Assembly (NCBI GenBank): GCA_016932815.1
Contig: JAFGCC010000025.1
Location: 7,133 to 71,132, forward strand
DNA length: 64,000 bases
Direction of reading: 5' to 3'
Source: Candidatus Micrarchaeota archaeon
GTDB taxonomy: Archaea > Micrarchaeota > Micrarchaeia > Anstonellales > Bilamarchaeaceae
The notes below the pieces were generated by a model that did not search any database, was not told the origin of the DNA, and saw only the letters and a program-made list of their open reading frames with translations. This document shows positions 38,094 to 47,468 of this stretch, in pieces. The stretch's first letter is position 1, and each line of letters opens with the position of its first letter. The translations under genes were made by a program, and so were the position numbers.

Positions 38094-39308
38094 ATGAAAA
38101 GCAGCGACATCTTCCGCTATGGATTCCTGAACCTCCAGCGCAGGCAATTGCGCTCCTGGCTAACGATAATAGGAATCATAATAGGCATCGCAACGATAGT
38201 CGTGCTCGTTTCGGTAGGAGAAGGCGTGAAAAAGGACATCTACGACCAGATGGAAGCCTTTGGCTCCAACATGATTATAGTCTACCCGATGAGCATAGAG
38301 GACTTGGGGAGCGTGGGGCCTTCGATGGGCTCTGCGGGCAAGCTTTTTGAGCGCGACATAGATTACATAAAAAAGGTCCCGGGAATAGACGACATATCCA
38401 AATTCATCTACGGGAGGGTTTCGCTGCGGTTTAAAGACAAGGAGCTAGCGGGCCTGGTTTACCCCTCCTCCGCCAACATCTTTGAGATGTTCCCCGACCA
38501 GTATGAAATAGAAGAGGGGCGCTACATACAAGAAGGCGAGAGCAAGGTTGCCTTCCTCATGAACGATGCGGCAAACGAGATGTTCGGAAAAGACAAGGTT
38601 AAAGTGAACAGCTACCTCCATATAGCCGGAGAGAAATTCCGCGTAGTGGGAATTGCCAAGAAAATAGGGGCCTCCATGTCCAGCACCGACGATGCGGCAA
38701 TATATGTTCCCTTTGATGACAAGGACCTGATTATGGGAGACACCATTGCAGAAGGCGAAATAGGGGGCATCATGATTTCCACAGTAGAAGGCGCAGACGT
38801 TGAGGAGGTTGCAGAGCGGATTGAAGAGCAATTAGCCTCCGCCCACAGGACCACGGTGGAGGACGCGGATTTCTCGGTTATGACCTCCAAAACGATAAAC
38901 GAGATGATGGACACCATAACCGGCCTGCTTACAGGCTCGCTTTTCCTAATCGGCCTGATTTCCGCAGTTGTGGGGGGAATAGGAATTGCAAACACCATGT
39001 TCATGGGCGTAATTGAGCGCACAAAGGAAATAGGAATCCTAAAATCGCTTGGCGCAAAATCCTTCCAGATTCTCGCCATCTTCTTAGTTGAAGCGGGATT
39101 GATTGGAGGAGTTGGGGGGCTAATCGGCCTTGGGATAGGGATGGTGGTAATAGGCATAATCCCCTATTTCGGGGTAATCCCCTATCTTTCTGCGGAGGTT
39201 GCAGTGGGCTCGGTCCTCTTTGCGATACTAGTGGGGATGGTTGCGGGGCTGATTCCCGCCCGCAACGCCGCCAAGATTCCGCCGATTGAAGCCCTAAGGT
39301 ACGATTAA
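38094..39308 (+). CDS. ABC transporter permease, FtsX/MacB family (second copy)
   Basis: Same architecture as 36881-38092. The start is 1 nt after the previous stop. Confidence 0.85.
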   Translation: MKSSDIFRYGFLNLQRRQLRSWLTIIGIIIGIATIVVLVSVGEGVKKDIYDQMEAFGSNMIIVYPMSIEDLGSVGPSMGSAGKLFERDIDYIKKVPGIDDISKFIYGRVSLRFKDKELAGLVYPSSANIFEMFPDQYEIEEGRYIQEGESKVAFLMNDAANEMFGKDKVKVNSYLHIAGEKFRVVGIAKKIGASMSSTDDAAIYVPFDDKDLIMGDTIAEGEIGGIMISTVEGADVEEVAERIEEQLASAHRTTVEDADFSVMTSKTINEMMDTITGLLTGSLFLIGLISAVVGGIGIANTMFMGVIERTKEIGILKSLGAKSFQILAIFLVEAGLIGGVGGLIGLGIGMVVIGIIPYFGVIPYLSAEVAVGSVLFAILVGMVAGLIPARNAAKIPPIEALRYD

Positions 39309-39329
39309 TCCGGAGCAGGGTTCTTTTCC

Positions 39330-41009
39330 CTACTTCCTAATCTGGAGCCTCGCTTGCGCACCCGCGGGATTTTGCGGCATCAATGCCCCGGATTCCTTCC
39401 TGCGAATCCTCTGCGGCATCTCCCTTGCGGCTTTGCGGTATGCTTCCACGTTGGTTATCACATCCGACAATGCGTTCCTGCCATTTGGGCCAGAATCCCA
39501 TTCCCTAAGCCTCCTGGCAATCCGCATTGCGGACTCATAATCCACAACCTGTGATGTCTCGGTTTCAAGTAATGCCCTGTTTTCTGTGGCAAACCTGTCG
39601 TTTCCCCTAGCATCCGTGAGCCTTAGGAGTATGTAGACGATAGTTGCCTTGACCTTTATCCCATTAGGGGCATTGCGCGAGAATTCCGCATCATCCATGT
39701 TGAGGAGGGCAAACATCCTATCCTCCATCTTGCGCGCATTTGCCAGTGCTTCCTCTCTTGCCCCTGCCGCCTTGGCGGCATTGTTGCAATCGGATATTAT
39801 CATGTCAATGCGGCCATCTGGCTCTAAGCCCCCAAACCCTTCTTTTTCCAGAGTGCGCATTTCCCTCTTTTCACTCTGCGTCATTCCGTGCTTTCCCTTC
39901 TTCCGGCCAACTTCCCACCTGCTATCCCCATCGGGCAATTGCACGAGCTCCCTGCGCAGCTTCCTCCTTCCACCGCCAATCGGCTTGGAAATGCCCGCAC
40001 CCTCTTCTATGCATTTAATTGCGGATTCAGGCAGGCTGCAACCAACTTGCTTCATGCATCTTAGAACCTTCACATCACCGACCTCTCCTGCAAGGGATTC
40101 TAGTATTCCGCGCAGTTCCCTCCTATCCCCCTCGGATGCCCCCGGCTTCCCAATCCTTGCCAGCACGGATTCTGCTGCGGATTCAATGAACCTTTTCCTC
40201 CCTCTCTCATCCTGGATGCTCCACAGATACAAAATTTTCTCCGCCGCTTCCCCGGACTCGTATTCCAATCCCCCTATTTTTCCTAATACGCTGCCCAATG
40301 AAGGCTGCGGAGCATAATACGCCCTTCGCGTGGGCAATACCCCCCACTCCCTCATCTGGTTTGAGATATTCACAACGGCCCTGCCAAAAACCGCTTCGTC
40401 CCCTTTGAGTATCGCTTTTCGTATATCCTCATTGGATATGCACATTATTATTGGGAATTCAAGGGGTTTCCCATAAGAATCATGCGCCGGCCCAAGAACA
40501 ATATCTATCCTCTTCCTCAAATCGGGGGGGTGCCTGATTCCGGTAAGTATCAAATCCCTCAAAAGTTCGATGCACACTTCCTGGGTGTGCGCAATCTCCA
40601 GGTATTCCACGGCGTTCCCCAGCTTGTGGCCTACAGACTGAAAATTATGTTTCTCATCCTGCATATTCCACTTCCTGAGCCGTTGGATTATCCTGGTTGC
40701 GGAGTCATAATCTATGGACTGGCTGCGGTCAATTATGGCAAGAGTGGAAGGCGGCTCGTAGAGCGCACCGTTCTCGCGGGAGTCAAAGAGCCGCATGATG
40801 ATGTTTGCAACGTCCTCCTTGCGGTGTACCCCCGCAGGCTTGCTGCGGGCGAATTCCGCATCATCCATCTCCAGGAGTTCAAACAGCCTCTCCTCAACGG
40901 CCTCCGCATTTCTTAGGATTTGCTCCCTCTGCGGCCCTTTCCATGGATATAACGCGAAATCACTTATCATTCCGTCAATTTGTTCGTTCATGTTCCTGCA
41001 CCTTTGCAT
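39330..41009 (-). CDS. Hypothetical protein with internally duplicated N- and C-terminal domains
   Basis: N-terminal ...LFELLEMDDAEFARSKPAGV...DYDSATRIIQRLRKW and C-terminal ...MFALLNMDDAEFSRNAPNGI...DYESAMRIARRLREW are clear repeats. The ORF is open to 41123, so the start is uncertain. Confidence 0.4.
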   Translation of the reverse strand: MQRCRNMNEQIDGMISDFALYPWKGPQREQILRNAEAVEERLFELLEMDDAEFARSKPAGVHRKEDVANIIMRLFDSRENGALYEPPSTLAIIDRSQSIDYDSATRIIQRLRKWNMQDEKHNFQSVGHKLGNAVEYLEIAHTQEVCIELLRDLILTGIRHPPDLRKRIDIVLGPAHDSYGKPLEFPIIMCISNEDIRKAILKGDEAVFGRAVVNISNQMREWGVLPTRRAYYAPQPSLGSVLGKIGGLEYESGEAAEKILYLWSIQDERGRKRFIESAAESVLARIGKPGASEGDRRELRGILESLAGEVGDVKVLRCMKQVGCSLPESAIKCIEEGAGISKPIGGGRRKLRRELVQLPDGDSRWEVGRKKGKHGMTQSEKREMRTLEKEGFGGLEPDGRIDMIISDCNNAAKAAGAREEALANARKMEDRMFALLNMDDAEFSRNAPNGIKVKATIVYILLRLTDARGNDRFATENRALLETETSQVVDYESAMRIARRLREWDSGPNGRNALSDVITNVEAYRKAAREMPQRIRRKESGALMPQNPAGAQARLQIRK

Positions 41010-41169
41010 CCTATTGATTCTAGCCCCCAGCCTGCCCGTGAGGGGCTTACTGAGAACAATAGGGTAAATAGTAGTGAATTGTGCCCATATAAGTTTATAA
41101 ACAGGCTTTGTCCCAACTCCCAAAAAATCCGCGGGTTCTAAAAATACAAACGTCCATTTCCCAACTGCA

Positions 41170-42345
41170 ATGGACGAATTGAAGAAGACCTACCTCTCGG
41201 CAATCATATACGGCCTGATTGCGGGGGCGGGCTCGGTGTCGGTGCCCCTCTTCCTGGATTCAATAGGGTACAGCATCTCCAACATAGGCATAATCCTGGG
41301 AATCGCAACGCTAATTAGCGGGGCAATAGGCATAGGGATAGGCGCCCACAGCGACGTTGTGGGAAGGAAGAGGCTCCTCGCATCCACAAGCGTGCTATAT
41401 TCACTAAGCATATTCGCCCTGGTTCCCTTAAAGTCCGTTTTTACCTACGTTTTCTCGCAGGCGGGAGCGAAGTTCTCCTCGGCAACAATCTGGAACCTGT
41501 TTATTACCCGCATAACCGACCTCACAAAAAAGCACGAGCGGGGCAAGCACCTGGGCTATTACACAGCTTCATTTGCAATCGCATTCGCTTCCGCGCACTT
41601 CCTTGCCGGAACAATCTTCGATTCGTTGGGCCCGGACACGGTCTTCCTCCTAATCTCTTTTGCCTGCATAGTGCTTGCGGCATCAACCCTCACCTTCAGG
41701 GAAGCAAAATCCGAAAAGAAGAAGCATGAACTCTCCCTGGACATCCTAAAAACGAGAAACGGGATTGCAAACGCAATCGTGTGCTTCATGAACGGGGGGC
41801 AGAGGAGCATAATCTACGGCTATGCAATCTACCTCTTTTTGGCCCACCAGTATTCGTTTAGCGCCGCGGAAATAGGCTTTTACTGCTCAATCTTCCTGGG
41901 CGTATGGGGAATCTCCTCGGTCTTCCTGGGAAAGGTGGCGGACCGCTGGGGCTCAATGAACACGCTCGTTGCGGGAGCGCTCATAAACGGCTCAATCTGG
42001 ATTGCCGCGGCCTTCCTCCAGTCCTGGGAAGTCTTCTTCACCCTCATGGTGGCCGAGAACCTCCTCTACCCATTATACGGAGTGTCCACGGTAAAGATAA
42101 GCTCAATCCTCGCCCACAAGGAGAACAAGGGGAGGGACGTTTCCATTTTCGGGTATTTTGACCTCCTAGGCGCAATAGCAGCAATATTCGTAGCCGGAAT
42201 CCTGGCCGAAATCTCGTTCTCCTACGTTTTCCTCCTGCGCGCGGCAATGATGCTCTTCTCGGCGGCAGTCGCATTCTTCTTCATAAGGCTCGGCGAAGAT
42301 GGCGGCAGGGAAGTCCCGTATAAGACCGAGGGAATGGTCGCATAG
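41170..42345 (+). CDS. MFS transporter
   Basis: 12 predicted TM helices and the VVGRKR motif in loop 2-3. Confidence 0.8.
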   Translation: MDELKKTYLSAIIYGLIAGAGSVSVPLFLDSIGYSISNIGIILGIATLISGAIGIGIGAHSDVVGRKRLLASTSVLYSLSIFALVPLKSVFTYVFSQAGAKFSSATIWNLFITRITDLTKKHERGKHLGYYTASFAIAFASAHFLAGTIFDSLGPDTVFLLISFACIVLAASTLTFREAKSEKKKHELSLDILKTRNGIANAIVCFMNGGQRSIIYGYAIYLFLAHQYSFSAAEIGFYCSIFLGVWGISSVFLGKVADRWGSMNTLVAGALINGSIWIAAAFLQSWEVFFTLMVAENLLYPLYGVSTVKISSILAHKENKGRDVSIFGYFDLLGAIAAIFVAGILAEISFSYVFLLRAAMMLFSAAVAFFFIRLGEDGGREVPYKTEGMVA

Positions 42346-42421
42346 GGACAAGCCCTACCGCAGCAGCAGCGCACGGATTTATATTGATTATCCAATAAAG
42401 TCCCCCCAAGGGTGTTTTTAC

Positions 42422-43528
42422 ATGTATGATGTTGATGAGACTGGGCCAGAGAGAATCATAGAAGTATATGACCAGAAAACCAATATGCACGGCGTTGCGG
42501 TAATAGACAATACCGCAAGGGGGCCTGGAAAGGGGGGAATCCGCATGGTCCCGGACCTCACGACCGCGGAAGTGCGCGGCCTGGCTCGCGCAATGACCTG
42601 GAAGAATGCAATGGCGGACATTCCCTTTGGCGGCGCAAAAAGCGGCATAAAGGCGGACCCGCGTGCCATGACTCCGCAGCAGAAGGAGGCGGTGGTCCGC
42701 GCATTCGCAAGGAAGATTTCCGAAGTGCTTCCAAAGCACTACATCGCAGGGCCGGACATGAACATGACAGAGAGGGAAATGGCCTACATCGCAGACGAGC
42801 TCCAAGATGGCAGGGTGACAACCGGAAAGCCCTCCCAGATGGGCGGCCTCCCGCACGAACTAGGCTCAACCGGATACGGGGTTGCGCTCTGCACAAAAGT
42901 TGCAGTGGAATTCAAGGGCGAGTCCCTGGAGGGCAAGACCGTTGCAATAGAAGGATATGGGAACGTGGGGACGTTTGCGCACAAGTTTCTGGAAGAATGG
43001 GGCGCAAAAGTGGTCGCAGTCTCCGATTCGAAGGGGACAATCCTTTCCGAATCCAGCCTGGAATACGAAGCGCTCCTAAAGACCAAGATGGAGCAGCGCA
43101 CCGTAACCGCGCACGAAGGAGAGAAGAAGGAGGCGGCAGCCCTCTTTGAACTACCAGTTGACATCCTAATCCCAGGGGCCCGCCCGGACGTAATCCACGC
43201 GGGAAACGTGGCAAACGTGAAGGCGAAATACGTTGCGGAAGCGGCGAACCTCCCGGCCAAATACGAAATTGAGAAGGCGCTAATGGACAAGGGAGTGGTG
43301 GTCCTTCCGGATTTCGTCGCAAACGCGGGAGGCGTAATCTCCTCCTATTGTGAAACCATGGGCTGGAGCCCGGACACGATGTTCAAGGTGGTCACAGAAA
43401 AAATCTCCGCGAACACCAAAATCATGATGGAGAGGGCGCAGCAAGACAACGACACCCGCAAGTCCGCAATGAGTGTTGCGCGCGAGAGAGTGGAAGAAGC
43501 GATGGCATTTAGGGGCTGGAAACAGTAG
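42422..43528 (+). CDS. gdhA: Glutamate dehydrogenase (Glu/Leu/Phe/Val dehydrogenase family)
   Basis: GPGKGGIRMVPDLTTAEVRGLARAMTWKNAMADIPFGGAKSGI is the GDH catalytic motif. The ATG is at 42422. Confidence 0.9.
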   Translation: MYDVDETGPERIIEVYDQKTNMHGVAVIDNTARGPGKGGIRMVPDLTTAEVRGLARAMTWKNAMADIPFGGAKSGIKADPRAMTPQQKEAVVRAFARKISEVLPKHYIAGPDMNMTEREMAYIADELQDGRVTTGKPSQMGGLPHELGSTGYGVALCTKVAVEFKGESLEGKTVAIEGYGNVGTFAHKFLEEWGAKVVAVSDSKGTILSESSLEYEALLKTKMEQRTVTAHEGEKKEAAALFELPVDILIPGARPDVIHAGNVANVKAKYVAEAANLPAKYEIEKALMDKGVVVLPDFVANAGGVISSYCETMGWSPDTMFKVVTEKISANTKIMMERAQQDNDTRKSAMSVARERVEEAMAFRGWKQ

Positions 43529-43560
43529 CCCCTTCCCACCCTTTTTTCCAATCCGGATAG
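43529..43560 (+). terminator. Putative oligo-T archaeal terminator after gdh
   Basis: CCCTTTTTTCC and further T tracts lie immediately after the stop. Confidence 0.3.
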
Positions 43561-43716
43561 GATGCGCGGGGCGAATCCTTTTTCCCCGCAATCCCCTTTT
43601 ATTTGCCCGCCCCCGGCTTACTCTCTTCTATTTGCCCCTTTTCGCAGGCCGGGAATCCCACCCATACACTTATAAATTCCTTTATCTTTAATCCACCTGC
43701 TTAAACATCTAATTCA

Positions 43717-44841
43717 ATGGTGAGCAAAATGGCTGACAAGAATGAGCAGAAGGATGCCGCAGAACCTTGCGGCTGCTCCTTTTGCATTGACGGGAACAAG
43801 GCCCTGATGGCCGGAATCCTTGGGCTGCTAGTGGGCCTGCTCGTAATGTACGTGGCATACCCCGCGCTCGTCCCAGCGGAAACCGCCCCCGGGACCGGGG
43901 AGATTGTGGAGGAGGAATTCCATATCAACGAGGCAAAGGCGCAGGAAATAGGCGAACTGCTCTCCGATACCTTCTTCCTCAACACCGGAGAGGAAGCGGA
44001 CGTGCTCTACTCAAGGTATGAGGACATGGGCTCCCACCTCGCGATCTACTACAACGTGAGCGGGCAGGAGGTCCCCATAATAGTCTCCAAAGACTATGAA
44101 TACCTCTACCCCAGCGCGGTAGTCTACGACCAGATGGTTGCGGAAGTTTCCGAGGCCATGGCCGAATACGAATCCGGGCTTGAGGCGGAACCGGAGCCCG
44201 AAGGCTACCCGACTTCCGCGGAGCCGCAGGTCATGCTCTTTGTAATGAGCAACTGCCCCTACGGCAACCAGGCGGAGAACGGGCTAGTGGACGCGGTAAC
44301 CCTCTTAGCAGACGGCATTGCGTTTGAGCCGGTCTACATAATCTACGATGAGACAATCCACCCCTCATACAGCGCGGAGAACCCCGAATGCTATGTGGAC
44401 TCCGGGAATGTGACCTACTGCTCAATGCACGGCAAATACGAGCTTGACCAGGGCATTCGCGAGAAGATGGTCTACAACCGCTACGGGGAAGCGATGTGGG
44501 CACAATACGCAGTTGCGGTGAACACCCAGTGCTTTGGCACCGGCGCGGACATCGAAACCTGCTGGAAGACCACCGCGGAATCCCTTGGGATAGATGCGCA
44601 GGAAATCGAGGACAACTTTGAGGCGGAGAAGTTTGGCATTCTCGCGCACGAAAAAGGCCTCACTTTCTCCATGCAGCAGTTCGGTTCGCCCGGACTCCTG
44701 ATAAACGGGGTTGATTATTCCGGAAGCAGGAGCTCCGAGGCTTTCAAGACCGCAATCTGCAGCGCATTCGAGACCGAGCCTGAAGACTGCACTACCGAGC
44801 TTTCGGAAGCGGCGTCTGCGGCATCCGGGTCCTGCGGGTAA
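43717..44841 (+). CDS. Membrane-anchored hypothetical protein, possible thioredoxin-fold/DsbA-like domain with degenerate CPYG motif
   Basis: N-terminal TM (LMAGILGLLVGLLVMYVAY), an acidic linker, then MLFVMSNCPYGNQAE. It lacks the second Cys of a CxxC. Confidence 0.4.
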   Translation: MVSKMADKNEQKDAAEPCGCSFCIDGNKALMAGILGLLVGLLVMYVAYPALVPAETAPGTGEIVEEEFHINEAKAQEIGELLSDTFFLNTGEEADVLYSRYEDMGSHLAIYYNVSGQEVPIIVSKDYEYLYPSAVVYDQMVAEVSEAMAEYESGLEAEPEPEGYPTSAEPQVMLFVMSNCPYGNQAENGLVDAVTLLADGIAFEPVYIIYDETIHPSYSAENPECYVDSGNVTYCSMHGKYELDQGIREKMVYNRYGEAMWAQYAVAVNTQCFGTGADIETCWKTTAESLGIDAQEIEDNFEAEKFGILAHEKGLTFSMQQFGSPGLLINGVDYSGSRSSEAFKTAICSAFETEPEDCTTELSEAASAASGSCG

Positions 44842-44973
44842 TTTTTACCCGCACCCCTCTTTTCTTTTTATTTCCTTATTTTCCTTTTCCCACTTTCCAA
44901 TGGCTTCCGCTATTCCTGCAATTATCAACCCTCTCCTTTTTTGGGAAGCTGCCGCCGGGTTTTGGCCTTGGGG
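44842..44973. terminator. T-rich convergent intergenic region (putative bidirectional terminator)
   Basis: TTTTCTTTTTATTTCCTTATTTTCCTTTTCCC lies between convergent genes. Confidence 0.3.
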
Positions 44974-47361
44974 TTAGCAGACTTTTCCATCCTGCACTTT
45001 GGATGCTTTTAGTTCACTGCCAGCGCACATGAGCTTTTTCTCCCCGTGCAGTATGCTTCCCCCTTTTGCGGAGAGCTTGACCTTGGAGAACTCCTTGAAA
45101 GTAATCTGCTTTTTCTGCGCAGAACCGGGAGATTCCCCTTCAAGGTAAATCTTATCGCCCACAGCAGTTCCCTCTAGCACCTCCACTTCCCCCTCTTTCC
45201 CTTCAACCACCAATAGCATTCCCTGCGACTCCACCCCGCGCAGTTTCGCAGGGGCGAGGTTCTTTACGATAATAACCTTCTTCCCAAGGAGCTCCTCTTT
45301 TTCCACTTCTCCCGCAAGGCCGGAAACGACCTGTATTTCTTCACCCCCCATGCGCACCTTCTCAACATACAGCCTGTCCGCATCCGGATGGTTCTCAACC
45401 GAGAGGACTTCTCCCACTTCCAAATCCAAGTCGGAAAAGCCAACCTTCTTCTCCGCGGCATCCTTGGATTCCCCACTTCCGCTTCCGCCTGAGAACCTCT
45501 CTTTGAGTTGCGCAATCTCCTTATCCTCAATCTTCCTAAAGAGTATCTGCGGCTCCCCGATTGCAGAGCCTGAATCGAGCCCAAGCTTCCCGGCTTCTTC
45601 CCATCCGCAGGAGGATTCTCCGCCCCCGCATCCGGGGGCAGGTTCCCCACCTTTGCCATTGAGCATTCCCGCAATCTTCGCGGAAGTTTCCGGCAAATAC
45701 GGCGAGCATAGGATTCCTATGTCCCGGACCTGGTTTGCAAGGACATACAGCACGGTTGCCGCACGCTCCCTATCCTCCTTTACGAGAACCCATGGCGCAT
45801 TCTCCTGGAAATACCTGTTTGCGTTCTTGCAGAATTCAAGGATGTGCTGCAAGCCCTCCTTTAGCTTCACAGAATCCAGCGCGCAGTCCACCTGAGAGAT
45901 AACTTCTTTTTGCGAATTGAGGAATACGATATCCCCCGGAGTTAGCTCGCCCCCTGGAGGCACCCTCCCCTCAAAGTTGTTCTTTATGAACACAAGCGTC
46001 CGATTGACAAGATTCCCAAGGTTCGCAACCAGTTCGTTGTTGTTTTTCTCCCCGAAATCCTGCCACGCGAAATTAGTGTCCGCATTCTCGGGCCTGTTCC
46101 TAATGAGGTAGTATCTCCACACATCGGCACTAACGCCCGATTCCATCGCGCCGTTCCCGAATACCCCCGTATTCCGCGATTTGGAGAACTTCCCGCCTTC
46201 ATAGTTTAGGAACTCGGTCGTGCTAATATGATGCAGGAGCGTCCAGCCCTGCCTGCTCCCAATCAGGCTTGAAGGGAAAACGACCGTGTGGAAGGGGACG
46301 TTGTCTTTTCCCATGAACTGGTATAGCGCAACATCATCTGGGTTCTTCCACCATTTTTCCCAATCCGGAACGCAGTTTGCGGTAATGGAGATGTAGCCTA
46401 TTGGCGCATCAAACCACACGTAGAACTTTTTCCCCTCAAACCCTTCAAGGGGAACGGGGACTCCCCACTCCAAATCGCGCGTAATCGCCCTCTTGCGCAG
46501 CCCCTCGTTCAACCATCCTTTGGTAATCGCAACCGCATTCTCATCCCAGCAGCCCTCCACGGATGCTTTTGCAATCCACTCTTTTAGCTCCCCTTCTATT
46601 TTTGGGAGGCTGATAAAGAGGTGCTTTGTCTTCTTCTTTATTGGCGTGCTCTTTGTAACCTTGCTAACAGGATTCAGGAGTTCGGTGGGGGAAAGGAGCG
46701 TTCCGCATTTTTCGCACTGGTCCCCGCGCGCGCCTTCGTATGAGCACTTGGGGCAGGTCCCCTCAACGTAGCGGTCTGCAAGGAACATCTTCGCTTCCGC
46801 ATCGTAGAGCTGCTCCACTTCCTCTTCTTCAATGTAGCCATTATCGTAGAGCCCCATGAATATTGATTGCGTTATCTCCGCGTGCTTGGGCGTGGACGTC
46901 CTCCCAAAATAATCAAAGGAAATCCCGAACCACTCATAGACGCCCTTGTGTATTGCGTGGTACTTGTCGCAGATTTCCTTGGGCGTTAGCCCCTCTTCGC
47001 GGGCCTTGATTTCGGTTGCAGTCCCGTATTCGTCGGTTCCGCAGATGTAGAGGGTTTCGTATCCTTTTAGCCTGCAATATCTGGCATAAACGTCGGCACT
47101 GAGCACACAGCCCACGATGTTTCCAAGGTGCGGCACGTTATTTACGTACGGAAGCGCGGAGGTAATTAGTATTCTCTTGTCCGCAGGCGTCTGGGTCTTC
47201 CCCTCCCCGTTTCCGGAACCTCCCCCGGAGCCGCCTACAGAACCGCTTGCGCCCCCACCCACGCTTCCCGCTTCCCCTGCTGCCGCTTCCTCTTTCCCGC
47301 TGCTTCCGCAGGCACATCCGCAGCATCCATGAGCATTAGAATCATCTGTAATTTGAACCAC
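44974..47361 (-). CDS. metG: Methionyl-tRNA synthetase with C-terminal EMAP/Trbp111-like tRNA-binding domain and unusual Gly/Ser/Cys-rich N-terminal extension
   Basis: HIGH-region PYVNNVPHLGN and KMSKS-region KFSKS. Zn knuckle CPKCSYEGARGDQCEKCG. C-terminal VLSVENHPDADRLYVEKVRMG. GTG start at 47361, with an alternative GTG about 30 codons downstream. Confidence 0.9.
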   Translation of the reverse strand: MVQITDDSNAHGCCGCACGSSGKEEAAAGEAGSVGGGASGSVGGSGGGSGNGEGKTQTPADKRILITSALPYVNNVPHLGNIVGCVLSADVYARYCRLKGYETLYICGTDEYGTATEIKAREEGLTPKEICDKYHAIHKGVYEWFGISFDYFGRTSTPKHAEITQSIFMGLYDNGYIEEEEVEQLYDAEAKMFLADRYVEGTCPKCSYEGARGDQCEKCGTLLSPTELLNPVSKVTKSTPIKKKTKHLFISLPKIEGELKEWIAKASVEGCWDENAVAITKGWLNEGLRKRAITRDLEWGVPVPLEGFEGKKFYVWFDAPIGYISITANCVPDWEKWWKNPDDVALYQFMGKDNVPFHTVVFPSSLIGSRQGWTLLHHISTTEFLNYEGGKFSKSRNTGVFGNGAMESGVSADVWRYYLIRNRPENADTNFAWQDFGEKNNNELVANLGNLVNRTLVFIKNNFEGRVPPGGELTPGDIVFLNSQKEVISQVDCALDSVKLKEGLQHILEFCKNANRYFQENAPWVLVKEDRERAATVLYVLANQVRDIGILCSPYLPETSAKIAGMLNGKGGEPAPGCGGGESSCGWEEAGKLGLDSGSAIGEPQILFRKIEDKEIAQLKERFSGGSGSGESKDAAEKKVGFSDLDLEVGEVLSVENHPDADRLYVEKVRMGGEEIQVVSGLAGEVEKEELLGKKVIIVKNLAPAKLRGVESQGMLLVVEGKEGEVEVLEGTAVGDKIYLEGESPGSAQKKQITFKEFSKVKLSAKGGSILHGEKKLMCAGSELKASKVQDGKVC

Positions 47362-47468
47362 CTTCTGGTATAGTCTGCCTCAAAGTTTTTTTAAGGCAGT
47401 ATCCCGCTGCTGCCTGCAGCGGCAGGCTCATTCATGCATTTAAATAAACTTCGCGGCAGGTTTTAACC

